Shown here: piece by piece, positions 1 to 12,520 of the stretch
Position numbering within the stretch: the stretch's first letter is position 1
Layout of the letters: every line of letters starts with the position of its first letter
Assembly: GCF_006345805.1 (NCBI RefSeq)
Contig: NC_043001.1
Coordinates: 127,844,001-127,908,000, forward strand
Reading direction: 5' to 3'
DNA: 64,000 nt
DNA from: Octopus sinensis
Lineage: Eukaryota
Translations under genes and position numbers: made by a program
Notes under the pieces: generated by a model
Seen by the model: only the letters and a program-made list of their open reading frames with translations
What the model was told of the DNA's origin: nothing
The model's database searches: none

Positions 1-859
1 GCTTCTTTTTTTTTTTTTTCTCACAGATCAAGTAACCACGTTGCACCACTTCCTACCCTCATTTTTTCTTTTGTAATGTAAGTCAATCAAAAGAAGATCT
101 TTGTGGGTCCTACCAGTATTGTGAGAATTATGTCATTGATGCATAATCTGAACATTTGAAGCTCAATACCTGCAGTAAAACACAGGATAGAGTAAACCCG
201 GGTCCACTCCAAATACTTGCTAAAGAGTGAACTTTGCTAAAGGTGCCCCAAAACTAAGGAATGGGGGTTGTAATTGCTTAAACCCAAGTCAATTATGATC
301 GACTTATGATCCCATGATCAAAGATATTCCAATCACAATATTTTATCTTTTTGTCATTTTTGACTACACTGCACAATGTAACCTTCCTTTTTTATGATGG
401 TGGGTAATGATTTGAAGGAGATTTAACTATTCATTCTTGCAGATTGAGCTACCATGTAGAGACCCTCTTGGTGGCAAAGACCTCTCACATCTTCCCATTT
501 TTATGAATATGGTTCAAGTAAAACCAAAGTCACTGTTCTTGGTTTTACTCTTTGGAGCTAATTTGTTGTCCATTGATGCTGCCAATAGATGGCAAGTTGG
601 CGAAGTCACTGGAGTGTCAAAATGCTTTGCAGTATTTGTTCAAGCCCTCTGTGCTCTGAGTTCAATTCTCGCTGAAGTCATCCTTATTCTTTCATCCTTC
701 CAAGATCAATAAAATAAATTACCAATCAGAGCAATGGATTGGTAGAATTGTCAGAGCATTGGATAAAACGCCTTGCAATATTTCTAGTGACTCTTACATT
801 CTAAGTCTTTGGATGGTAGACATAATTCATTTAGCAAATTTAATGCAGCAGTAACTATA

Positions 860-1630
860 TGAGAATAAGTACTAGTTATATGGAGTACCAAATAAATTTT
901 TTAAAAATGAGCATTTTCAACATTTGCTTCTCCTTGTGTTCAGTGAAGGTTCCAAAGCTGCCAAAACTGCTCAAGACATTTGTGCTATGTATGGAGAAGG
1001 CACTATTATTAAAAGCACTACACAAAAATAGTTTTCATGCTTCAAGGAGAGGGAATTCAACCTCCCAAACTCTCCACATTCTGGCTGACCTGTTCAGTTC
1101 ACTGAAGGTTGATCAAACGAGCTCATTATCAAGAATGTGCACCAATCCAATTGGAAATTGATCCAGCAAATAGGATGCTCTCATGATACAATTGCCCATT
1201 ACTTTCACTTAATGGATAATCCATCTGAAATAATCTGAATGGTGACATGGTATGCTTCTTCAACATGACAACTCTCATTCTCACATTGCTAATTTGACCA
1301 AAAAATTCAATTTAAAAGGTTCTACTGCACCTACCATATTCTCTTGATATAATACCTTCAGATTATCACCTTTTCCAGTTGCTCTCCAGCAGTCTGTGAA
1401 GCATTTCATTCAGTGATGATATGTTGCTAAAAAAAAGTGGCTCGATGAATTCTTTGAGTCAAGACCCTGTGATTTCTACTGCCAAGGCATTGACAAGCTA
1501 GTGGAACACTTACAAGAATTTTTGAACAATAAAGAAGAATATATTATTGACTGATTTAAAAAAATTTTTGATGAAAAATAAAGATTCAAATCAATGAACA
1601 AAATACAAATGAATTGACTAAACAATATGT
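860..1630 (+). mobile_element. Decayed mariner transposase remnant
   Basis: Broken frames give HLLLLVFSEGSKAAKTAQDICAMYGE (N-terminal HTH) and LHLPYSLDIIPSDYHLF (YSPDLAPSDY-like motif). Confidence 0.65.
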
Positions 1631-1889
1631 AAATAATGGGGTATTAAAAAACTAATTAGAAATAGAGATGTTATGAGGAAAAATAATGTTAATCAATGAC
1701 AAATATTGTTTTATTTTTGCAAGACAATACTGGACAAGTTTCAATTTTATTATGCAAAGAACAGATTTCAGAAGTAGTGAGGAGAAAAGTACTAAGTAAA
1801 TGTAAAAGATTAATATGTACCAACCACTGATAAGTACACTTTTCTTACTCAAATTCATTTTATTTGCTTACTAATTTCAGTCATTGGTA

Positions 1890-2235
1890 CAGGTGTATGG
1901 CTTAGTGGTTAGAGCATTGGACTCACAATCATGAGGTAGTGAGTTCAATTCCTGGACTGGACTGCGTCTTGTATTCTTGAGCAAGACACTTTATTTCATG
2001 TTGCTCCCGTTCAGTCAGCTGTAGAAATGAGTTGCAACATCACTGGTGCCAAGCTGTATCGGTCCCTTTGCCTTTCCCTTGGATAACATCAGTGGTGTAG
2101 AGAGGGGAGGCTGGTATGCATGGGTGACTGTTGGTCTTCGACAAAGAATCCTGCTTGGACTTGTGCTTCAGAGGGGAACTTTCTAGATGCAATCTCATGG
2201 TCATTCATGACCGAAGGTGGTCTTACCTTTTACCC
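1890..2235 (+). mobile_element. tRNA-derived SINE (family E, V/CORE-like centre)
   Basis: A-box tggcttagtgg, B-box gagttcaattcc, followed by cttgagcaagacact. Confidence 0.65.
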
Positions 2236-2609
2236 TAATTTCAGTCATTAGTCATTAGACTGTAACCATTTTAAGGCAGCACTTACATGAGTTCTTAGAA
2301 TTAATTATATCAACCTTAATGTTGCTATAGTACAGAGAGACCATAGCTATGTTGTCTAAGATACACCAGCACATAGTGTTTGGTACTCTAACAGCAATTT
2401 TTAATTTTGAGTTAAATTACATATGCACGACTTAGTGATCTCATATCAAGATAAACTGCGCATGATAAACAGTGAGGTTGACTTTGCCTTTCATCCTTTT
2501 GGAGTTGATGAATTAAGTATCAGTCAAGTACTGAGGTCAATGTGATCAACTTATCCTCTCCCCCAAAATTACAGACCTTGTGCCTACAGTAGAAAAGATT
2601 ATTATTATT

Positions 2610-2790
2610 AAGGTGGTGAGCTGGAAGAACCATTAGCACACTGAACAAAATGCTGAGCAGAATCTCATCCAGCTTTACATTCTGACTTCATATCTCTCCA
2701 TGTCAACTTTGCTTTTCATCCTTTTGGAGTTGATAAAATAAGTATCAATCAAGCACTGGATAATTGACTTCCTTCCGCCTCAAAAACTGT
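2610..2790 (+). mobile_element. SINE family D (central motif gactttgcctttcatcctttcggggtcgataaa), degenerate
   Basis: Related copies at about 590-730, 2470-2600, 34000-34130 (-) and 54400-54570 (-). Confidence 0.6.
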
Positions 2791-3183
2791 TTTTGAGGGT
2801 AAGGTTTTAATCTAGGTCACTTTAAGACAGGAAATTTATATAATAGAATCAGGATCAGTCTTAGGCAGGTTGGTATCAAAAGGGTTAACACTACCACCTG
2901 GTCTTTGGATACTTTTAGTTGAGTTCACTGTGTTGCAAGCACTTAGACCAGGCTTCTGGTCTGAGGATAACTTTCTTCCTTCTTCCAACCAGTCATGGAG
3001 ATACTGCATAAAAAAAAAAAAAATTTGGGTGGGAATATAGACACTTCCCTTTGCCTTCCTGGTACCTACTTGCATATTCTTTGATTTTCCCAATCACTTG
3101 GTCCAAATATTTTTCTGAATTCTAAGCAATATTTAAACTCAGTTTATTTTCTAATTTACAACTTCTGTAGATTCTCAAATTTA

Positions 3184-3561
3184 TTTTACTCTTTTACTTG
3201 TTTCAGTCATGTGACTGTGGCCATGCTGGAGCACCGCCTTTAGTCGAGCAAATCGACCCCACGACTTATTCTTTGTAAGCCTAGTACTTACTTCATCGGT
3301 CTCTTTTTTTGCTGAACCGCTAAGTTACGGGGACGTAAACACACCAGCATCGGTTGTCAAGCGATGTTGGGGGGGACAAACACAGACACACAAACACATA
3401 CATATACATATATATGACGGGCTTCTTTCCGCTTCCATCTACCAAATCCATTCACAAGGCTATAGTAGAAGACACTTACCCAAGGTACAATGCAATGGTA
3501 CTGAACCCAGAACCATGTGGTTCGTAAGCAAGCTACTTACCACACAGCCACTCCTACGCCT
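3184..3561 (-). mobile_element. SINE family A (tRNA head, CORE-like ACCTTGGGCAAGT, (TA)n(TG)n, AAAAGAGT tail; octopus OK/OR-type)
   Basis: Matches more than 15 other copies in the window. Confidence 0.85.
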
Positions 3562-4214
3562 ATTTTGGTTATATTTGTTTCCAAATGGCATTGAAGCTGC
3601 GACCTGTGATTTATGTGTAAATAAATATTCCTGCAATGATGATTCTGAGAGTAAATAGAGAAGATATTTATGTGTCTAACATCACATAATTGTAAATAGG
3701 CATCATAAAGAAGTATAAGGTACTAGTAACTGTACTCTATAATTTTTACAAGTGACTTTTGTAAGCAAACAGTGCTAAGCTCAAATTCTCCTGTGTATAA
3801 CAGTATGAGAAGGAACAGGAACCACCAAGGTGGATTGCTGTAGATCACTGGTTACCAATACTTACTTTACCAATATTACCACAATTTGAATATTTTAAAT
3901 AAGAAAACAATACAGTGTACTCAACACTTCATAGGAAACATTCCTCAGATTTTATTTACAGTAAATGTTGTCATAGGCTTATGAACCTAAAACTTAAACA
4001 TATTCCTGAACCTTTTATATTTTATCAAATATTTTAAAAGCAAAACATTTTGGCTTCTCAACTCTTTCAAAGATAAATATTTCAATTTGAGTTGTGAGAC
4101 ATAAGTTGACAGCTGCTGCTCAAGTTTAATTACCTGAAGACAAAGTTTTAAGACTAAATAGTGCAATTATGACATCAATGGGTTATGAGTTATACATACA
4201 TATATATATATATA

Positions 4215-4799
4215 TGTAACGAGCTTAGAGTGAGTATGTGAATATCTTGTCTTGTACTTTCGGGGTACAAGAAAGCAATCACTCTCACTCGTTCGTTAAT
4301 AATCCAGAATCTCTGCCCGTCAGAAACAACAAGACGCAGACGTAAAATATATATATACTACTTTATTCTCTTTCTTGGTAACAATAACAATAAGTGTGTT
4401 ATCTGATGTCCTTGATTCTGGGCGCGCAAGGCTGAAAGTTAATAGATTGTAATATTTACAATGTCCAGCCGCTAAACCAGAAAGGGGTCAAGATGGCGTC
4501 GAACAGGGAAGTTGAATGTGGTCGGCAACAATTTGGTTAAAGGCATTCGGCCGACTGCTGCTATCAACCGGAGAGAATATATGCGTGACCGCCGCCTTCA
4601 ATCGCTGGGTCCCAAGTCGCCGCTTGCTGCTGCTAGTGATCAAACGTTCTACGATCTCCCTGCCTTGGCCAGGGTCGTGCTTCCGGTGGTTCGCGCATGC
4701 GCGAGAGGGCCCTTCCTTTCTCTGCCTTGGTAAAGGCACCAACACGCGCGAAATACAAATGGACGGTGCGCGAGCGCGCGCCGTTGTAGGATCACTACA
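4215..4799 (-). repeat. 3' LTR
   Basis: tgtaacgagc...ggatcactaca, adjacent to the PPT. Confidence 0.93.
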
Positions 4800-6337
4800 G
4801 GCTCCCCTCCAGTGCGTACGCACGAAAGGAAACTTATTGTAGTGACTGCAAAACTCAAGGTGGACACCAGATAACCAAATAGCACACAATAATATAATGG
4901 CAAAATTTATAACATACACAAGAAATTTGCTAAAGGAAAAAGAGAAAAAATATTCAATGAGCAAAAATCAAGAGTGCATGCATGAAAGTGTATACGTCAC
5001 AAAGTATAGAGCCTTACGCTGAAGGGAGCGGAAGGAAAGCAAAAACTCACAGTTAATGAACCTAAACGAAATTAAATCCAACTTCTCTAAAGGTGGTTGA
5101 TCCTGCAAAATAGCAGTTAAATCAATTGCTGCAGGAGAGGAAATGGAATTGGCAGAAACTCGCTAGTAACACAAAAGGCAAAAGTGCAAACATGCTGGTG
5201 TGATGCGTGACACAGATAATTTTCTGTTAATTACGTGACCAACAGTGGTCTAACAGGGAAAAATAATTACGCCTAACCATGGCGCAGCGCATGTGAACAT
5301 CCGACGTCTATGAGTCGGGAAAAGAATTAGGCTAACGCAAACGTGTTGCAAAAAACAAGGCAATACACGTGCGAAGCAAAAGGTGCATGAAATGCAATAG
5401 TGCTTGCCAGACCAAAAAACAGCAAGAATATGCCAGTGGTTGAGCGATTATATGCCTCGTTCGTACAGGAACAAAGGTATGGCATGCTGGCGCGTTATAA
5501 TGGACAAACAACCCTCTATGTATACGTGACCGCTAGGGTCTATAGAAATGAGGGGTGTCCACAAAAGGCAAATTTAGCATGGAAAAAACAAGCGAGAAAA
5601 GCATGTGTGACGTATGTATGTGAGAGAGAGCATTTATGTGTGTGTACGTGTGTGCGACAGAAATACATACAAGGTGAATGCGAGCAAAATATAAAAACAG
5701 CGCATAGAAAAAAATGTCTCTCGGGCTATTCCAGACAATGGAATTAGTTTACCAGTCTATAATAGCCTGAAGCACAATAGCAGTTCGTTCTGTAACAGAA
5801 ATGTTGAAATCACAAAATGCAGATGCCGGTTGAACACAATGTGTAGCGGTTGTGGCTTCAATGCTGTGACAGGTTAACTGGAACAGAAGAATCTTGTAGA
5901 TAGACGGTGCTGTTTATCCTTGGTGTGCATATGCACAAAACAGCATGCACGCTAAAGTTCCACGAGTTGCTATGTACATCTTGTGGAGGTCGACGGTGTT
6001 GAAAGGCGACGTTGGTGGTGGAAGGCGACTGTAGTGGACTTGGGACAACATCGTTCTTAGTGATGATGGCGACGAAGATAGCGACGACGTGAAGTAGACA
6101 GACGACGATGATGATGACGAAGGTGGAGAAAAGGCATCGAATATATGATGGCGTTCGTCATCATGGCTGTAGAATAAGAAAGAGGCTCCTTCTACAACTG
6201 TTCGTGGTGGCCGGAAACAAATCGTCGAAAGATGATGCGTAGAGTTAAATCGTGTTCCGACTTCGCAGAAAAAACTGGATTTTTTTGTTGATAAGTGATC
6301 TCTGGTTTTAGACCAGAATCATGTCGGGGGTCACCAC

Positions 6338-6922
6338 TGTAACGAGCTTAGAGTGAGTATGTGAATATCTTGTCTTGTACTTTCGGGGTACAAGAAAGCA
6401 ATCACTCTCACTCGTTCGTTAATAATCCAGAATCTCTGCCCGTCAGAAACAACAAGACGCAGACGTAAAATATATATATACTACTTTATTCTCTTTCTTG
6501 GTAACAATAACAATAAGTGTGTTATCTGATGTCCTTGATTCTGGGCGCGCAAGGCTGAAAGTTAATAGATTGTAATATTTACAATGTCCAGCCGCTAGAC
6601 CAGAAAGGGGTCAAGATGGCGTCGAACAGGGAAGTTGAATGTGGTCGGCAACAATTTGGTTAAAGGCATTCGGCCGACTGCTGCTATCAACCGGAGAGAA
6701 TATATGCGTGACCGCCGCCTTCAATCGCTGGGTCCCAAGTCGCCGCTTGCTGCTGCTAGTGGTCAAACGTTCTACGATCCCCCTGCCTTGGCCAGGGTCG
6801 TGCTTCCGGTGGTTCGCGCATGCGCGAGAGGGCCCTTCCTTTCTCTGCCTTGGTAAAGGCACCAACACGCGCGAAATACAAATGGACGGTGCGCGAGCGA
6901 GCGCCGTTGTAGGATCACTACA
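6338..6922 (-). repeat. 5' LTR
   Basis: Same 585 bp, adjacent to the tRNA-Trp PBS. Confidence 0.93.
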
Positions 6923-7037
6923 TATATATATACATATACAATACAGATAAAGGGTGAAATATAATTAATTTAATAAAATCAACAAATTTCACCAAGTAGT
7001 ATTTCGGTATGGAAAAGGACCATATTCGGTAAAAGTT

Positions 7038-7470
7038 TATATAATTATAACAAAGAGGGTCTTTGCAACAAGTTGCTAGACCACATACCGAAAGTATTAG
7101 AAATAGCAGCCAGAAGACTGCTATTATATACAGAGTTTTACAGAGTTCTTGTCCTTCAAGACCTGTTATTAAAGAATTTCCACCTGCAACCATATTATCT
7201 AGCATCTTGAATTTCATTGTTTAATGTATACATCTTTATTATGGTGACAGTAAGATTTGAGTGAATTTGACTGCTATTTCTAGCAGTGCAGGCAACCATG
7301 CAGATGCTTCCACCACCACCACCGCCCTCTCTTGAACTTCCTGAAGATCAGGAAGATCAGAAGACTTTTTGTAGTAAAAGGAAATACCAGTCTTCTGGCT
7401 GCTCTTTCTAATATTTTCGGTATGTGGTCTAGCAACTTGTTGCAAAGACCCTCTTTGTTATAATTATATA
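7038..7470. repeat. Foldback element with about 82-bp inverted arms
   Basis: 7038-7120 is the reverse complement of 7388-7470 with about 2 mismatches; ends lie in TA repeats. Confidence 0.85.
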
Positions 7471-7821
7471 TATATATATATACACACACACATACATTTA
7501 CATACTTATAAGATAATGATGGAAGGCCTTTTGTAGTTGCTTGTTAAGCTAAAAACAGCCAATTCTCTCTCATCTCACACCATACATTATTCAAAGGAAA
7601 AAAAAATGGAAGAACACATTGGATAATTTAGTCCTTGACATAGAAAAATATGTTATGGTCAAAGCTGGAGGATATTTAATCATAAGACAGCTTGATCAAA
7701 GCAGCTAGGGTCTAAGCAACAACTATAATGGCTTTATTACATGTACAGCAGAGATCAGTGAACAGACCACAGGAATATGATGACTGTCATGCACCCAACC
7801 AAGCAGTTAAATAATAATGAA

Positions 7822-8235
7822 GGCGCAGGAGTGGCTGTGTGGTAAGTAGCTTGCTTACCAACCACATGGTTCTGGGTTCAATCCCACTGCATGGCACCTT
7901 GGGCAAGTGTCTTCTACTATAGCCTCGGGCCGACCAAAGCCTTGTGAGTGGATTTGGTAGACGGAAACTGAAAGAAGCCCGTCGTATATATGTATATATA
8001 TATATATGTGTGTGTGCATGCATGTTTGTGTGTCTGTATTTGTCCCCCTAGCATTGCTTGACAACCAATGCTGGTGTGTTTATGTCCCCGTCACTTAGCG
8101 GTTCAGCAAAAGAGACCGATAGAATAAGTACTGGGCTTACAAAGAATAAGTCCCAGGGTCGGGTTGCTCGATTAAAGGCGGTGCTCCAGCATGGCTGCAG
8201 TCAGATGACTGAAACAAGTAAAAGAGTAAAAGAGT
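7822..8235 (+). mobile_element. SINE family A, full length
   Basis: ggcgcaggagtggctgtgtgg (A-box), ggttcaatccc (B-box), tail gtaaaagagtaaaagag. Confidence 0.9.
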
Positions 8236-8249
8236 ATATAATAACCAAT

Positions 8250-8465
8250 CAATTTATGTGAGGCACAAGGCCCCAAAATTCTTAGGGAGGGGACCCGTTG
8301 ATTAGATCGACCACCAGTATGCAACTGGTACTTAATTTATTGACCCTGAAAGGATGAAAGGCAAAGTCAACCTCAGCAGAATTTGAACTCAGAACATAAA
8401 GACAGACGAAATACCGCAAAGCATTTTGCCCGGTGTGCTAATGTTTCTGCCAGCTTGCCACTTTA
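8250..8465 (-). mobile_element. SINE family D
   Basis: Reverse complement of gactttgcctttcatcctttcagggtcaataaattaagtaccag plus B-box gagttcaaattc. Confidence 0.7.
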
Positions 8466-8861
8466 CTGAATAGATATATCGAACAACTCAATCGCTCAGA
8501 AAAGTATAGTCCAATTCACACACAGTAGGTAAGTTAATATATTGACGTAATTGATTTGGTAAACAAAAATACATCAGAAACAAACCAACTTCACAGTTTG
8601 CTTTATTCATCAGAAATCTTGTTCTTTCAAAAGATATAAATAAATAAATACTTGTTATATTGATATAGTATTGTAAGGCAGTGGCTGAGATAATCAGCCA
8701 ATATCCTTTCACATTCTAAGCTTTTACCAAACAGAAGTCAGATTAACCTTTTACTCTTTTATTCTTTACTCTTTTACTTGTTTCAGTCATTTGACTGCGA
8801 CCATGCTGGAGCACTCTCCCTTACTTAAATTATTTTGTCAGCATTTTCTTCATTTCCTTTA

Positions 8862-8899
<38 letters not shown>

Positions 8900-9008
8900 A
8901 AGTCAGGACCAAAATCCTTCAAAGGGATGTTAAGCATCAAAGTCCACTGGGGTTCAATCAAAGCAAAGAATATATGAAAAAAACTATATATTCAGTATTG
9001 ATATAATC

Positions 9009-9359
9009 AATAAAGTGTAAGGAAGGGCAATATATATAGGTGTAGACGATCTTTGATCCAAAGTTGGTACAAATCCAATAAAGATTCTACAAATTATTCC
9101 CAAGCCTAATTAATTCCAAAAACAAATGAAAAAAACAATCCTTTCAAAATCAAAATTAGGATTTTCTTCAGGAATTTATCATTGGAGTGAATTGGTTCAA
9201 CCAACAAAAAAAAAAGAAAAAAAGAAAAGAAAAGAAAAATTTTGATAGCCCAGACAGGAACAAACAATTAAATTCTGATAGAATCTTTATTGGATTTGTA
9301 CCAACTTTGGATTAAAGATCATCTACACCTATATATTTTACCTTTCCTTATACTTTATT
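9009..9359. repeat. Foldback element with about 81-bp inverted arms
   Basis: 9009-9089 is the reverse complement of 9279-9359 with a few mismatches. Confidence 0.85.
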
Positions 9360-9545
9360 TTTATATATATTCCCAATCACATGGTTCCAGGTTCAGTCTC
9401 ACTGTGTGGCACCTTGGGCAAGTGTCTTCTACTATAGCCTCAGGCCAACCAAAGGCTTGTGAGTGGATTTGGTAGACAGAAACTGAAAGAAGCTTGTCGT
9501 AAATATATATATATATATATATATGTGCGTGTGTGTGTGTATACA

Positions 9546-10751
9546 CAGGGTGCATAAGATATTTGAGGACGGGTTTGTTTATAAAAAAACAGATATATTA
9601 TAACGTAACTTTATTTATCAAAAAAATTCTATGAGGATAAAAATAAACCTTCTTTTCTATAATGTTATTCAATAAAGCCACCTTCAGCTTCAATAACTGT
9701 TTCTATATGAGATCTAAATCTACATGCTTGTATCAAGTGGTCCTGGTTCATTTTGGACATTACTCTGACTATGGCAGCTTTCAAAGAATCTTTGGTGTTA
9801 TGGGTGTGTTCATTGACCTCTCTCTCTCAATGCTCCACATGTAAATAGTCTAATGGATTGAGATCTGGGGAATTAGGAGGCCAAATGTTAGGGCTTACGT
9901 GATCATGAAAATTTTCAGCTATCCATTCCTGTATTACTAGAGTGATGTGTGATAGCGCAGAGTTTTACTGAAACACATATGGCCTTCCATTACATACACT
10001 GTCTATCCAGGGCTTAATTATTTCCAGGACCTCAATGTAGGCAGCAGAGTTAAAAGTAAGAGTGGAAAGAAGTAAGGAGCCATCACATGTCCTTCATTGC
10101 TGACAACCCCTAAAACCATGACAGTTGCAGGAAATTTTGTATACATAACACTTGGAACTTCAGAGGGGTCTGCACATAACCATGTCATTTCTTGTTAACT
10201 TTTTGACCTTGGATGAAGTTTTTTTTTTTCATTTGAGAAAAACCAAATCAAATCTTCTACTGGACTTTTCAGTTTGTTTAAGAGCCTTTTAGATCTGATG
10301 TAGTGATTTTCTTTTGCTTCTTCTGACAAATTGACCTTTCCTCATCATATAAGAATTATATCTGATGATACTGTTTGCAACTGACCTCGTGGACTTTCTG
10401 GGATTGTAATGAATGGTCTGTTGAACTTGTTGGATAAATTCAGGTGTTCTGATGATTTCAGAGCATTTAGAACGCTTTTTATGCTTTGCTATTGGTGATA
10501 CATTTCCATCTTCAGTCTCTAGCTCCTTACAAACTTTGCAGTTGAAAGATCTGGCAACTCCTAAAACCCGAGATATTTCTAAATCACTATGCTCAGCCTT
10601 TAAAACCACAATAACAGCATGCCTCTTCATTTCTTGAGTAAGCTGAGGATCTGCCGTTATTATTTTTCTGAAACAAAGATTATACAGAGTTAGCAAAAAA
10701 TACAGCAATGACCCCAAAAAAGGTATGACCTCAAATACCTTACGCACCCTG
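9546..10751 (-). mobile_element. Tc1/mariner-superfamily DNA transposon (maT/DD37D-like), decayed
   Basis: 23-bp TIRs cagggtgc(a/g)taag(a/g)tatttgagg; minus-strand transposase pieces MKRHAVIVVLKAEHSDLEISR and WPPNSPDLNPLD. Confidence 0.85.
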
Positions 10752-11179
10752 TATATGTATATATTTATGTATGTGTCTGTGTTTGTCCACCCCACTACTA
10801 GTGCTTGGCAACTGATTTTGGTGTTTATATCCCGATAACTTAGAGATTCAGCAAAAGTGATCAATAGAATGAGTGCTAGCTTTACAAAGAATAAGTTCTG
10901 GGATCGATTTCTTCAACTAAAATAACCCTTTAAGGTGGTACTCCAGCATGGTTGCAGTCAGATGACTAAAACAAGTAAAAGAATAAAAGAATATATATAC
11001 ATGCATACACATAGTGGAACACCATCATTCTGCTTTATCTAAAATAAACACATTGTCATTTTAATATCTGATAGAATTCATTGAGTTAGATTCTTTTTAA
11101 GGCCAGATTCCCAGCCTGCTATCAATGCTCACTTGTTTCCAAGTCAAACATCTTAATGGTTTTCAAGGATGATTGGAAA

Positions 11180-11500
11180 CCATCATCATCATCATCATCG
11201 TTTAGCGTCCACTTTCCATGCTGGCATGGGTTGGACGGTTCAACTGGGGTCTGGGAAGCCAGAAGGCTGCACCAGGCCCAGCCTGATCTGGCAATGTTTC
11301 TATGGCTGGATGCCCTTCCTAACGCCAACCACTCCATGACTATAGTGGGTACTTTTTACATGCCACCGGCACAGGTGCCAGACGAGGCTGGCAGACGGCT
11401 ACGATTGGATGGTGCTTTTTATGTGCCACCAGCACGGGGGCCAGGCGAGGCTGGCAACGGCCATGATCGGATGGTGCTTTTTACGTGCCACTGGCATGGA
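11180..11500 (-). mobile_element. RTE-clade LINE 3' UTR fragment with (GAT)n tail
   Basis: Same sequence as the 3' end of the element at 46989-47776. Confidence 0.8.
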
Positions 11501-12096
11501 AATGTACAACACAATTTGTATGTTGGTGACACTCATTTACAACTATTATTCAAGGTCAAGAGAAGGAGAGGCAAAAACACACACAAACACATATATACAA
11601 GGTCCTCATAAAATATGTGTGTGTGAGAGAAAGAGAGAGAGAGAGAGAACTGGAGAGAGAGGTGGCTGTGCCAGCACTCTGCTAGTACTCATTTTTAGAT
11701 GAATAGACAGGAGCAACATAAAATGAAGCGCCTTACTCAAGGACATAACATGCTGCCCAATCCAAGAAATGAACTTGTGATTGTGAACTCAGTACCTCAA
11801 CCATAAGATTACATACCTTCACACATACCAGGTGTATTTCGCTGGTAACAAGTACTGCTCATAAAATACAACTGAGAGAAATTCATTTGTGCAATACCTG
11901 CTCTATTCTTTCAGGAAATGCTTGAAATAACAGATATAATCAATTCATGTCAGCCAATAATGGAGGCTTTATGATGTGCTAGAAATAGCTGCCAAATCTC
12001 CCTCAAATTACACCCTACCTCCTTGAAAGAGAAGTCACAAATAATGGTAGTTTAAGATATGCAAGATGTGAGGTGTTATGAGGATTTCCTTCCATT

Positions 12097-12520
12097 CATC
12101 ATCATCATCATCATCATCGTTTAACGTCCATTTTCCACACTAGCACGGGTTGGACGGTCCAACCGGGGTCTGGGAAGCCAGGGGCTGCTCCAGGCTCCAG
12201 TCTGATCTGGCAGAGTTTCTACGGCTGGATGCCCTTCCTAACGCCAACCACTCCGCGAGTGTAGTGGGTGCTTTTTACGTGCCACCTGCACAGGTGCCAG
12301 GGGGGTCCGGCATTGGCCACGATCGGTTGGAGCTTTTAACGTGCCAGCGGCACGGAAGCCAGCCAAGGAGGCGCTGGCAACGTTCAGATGGTGCTTTTTA
12401 TGTGCCACCGGCACAGAAGCCAGTCGGAGCGGCGCTGGCATTGGCCACGTTCGGATGGTGCTTTTTATGTGCCACCGGCACAGAAACAAGTCGGGGCGCT
12501 GGCATCGGCCACGTACGAAT
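12097..12520 (-). mobile_element. RTE-clade LINE 3' UTR fragment with about 4 internal tandem units
   Basis: (cat)n tail; repeated ggtgctttttatgtgccaccggcac units of roughly 60-66 bp. Confidence 0.8.

Larger units (their letters stand above)
4215..6922 (-). mobile_element. Non-autonomous LTR retrotransposon (TRIM/LARD-like), full length
   Basis: Two 585-bp direct repeats with TG...CA ends (4215-4799, 6338-6922), about 4 mismatches. Minus-strand PBS TGGTGACCCCCGACATGAT (tRNA-Trp 3' end) next to the 6338 LTR; PPT GGAGGGGAGCC at 4800-4810; TATA on both sides within a (TA)n tract; no gag/pol ORF in the 1538-bp interior. Confidence 0.93.

Noticed and set aside
4488-4964. Overlapping ORFs of 73-158 aa, duplicated at 6611-6950
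   Set aside because: They lie inside the GC-rich LTRs and show no domain similarity; open frames are expected at this composition.
12240-12520. CRISPR-like repeat/spacer appearance
   Set aside because: Spacers are homologous to each other, the array lies in a LINE 3' UTR, the context is eukaryotic and there are no cas genes.
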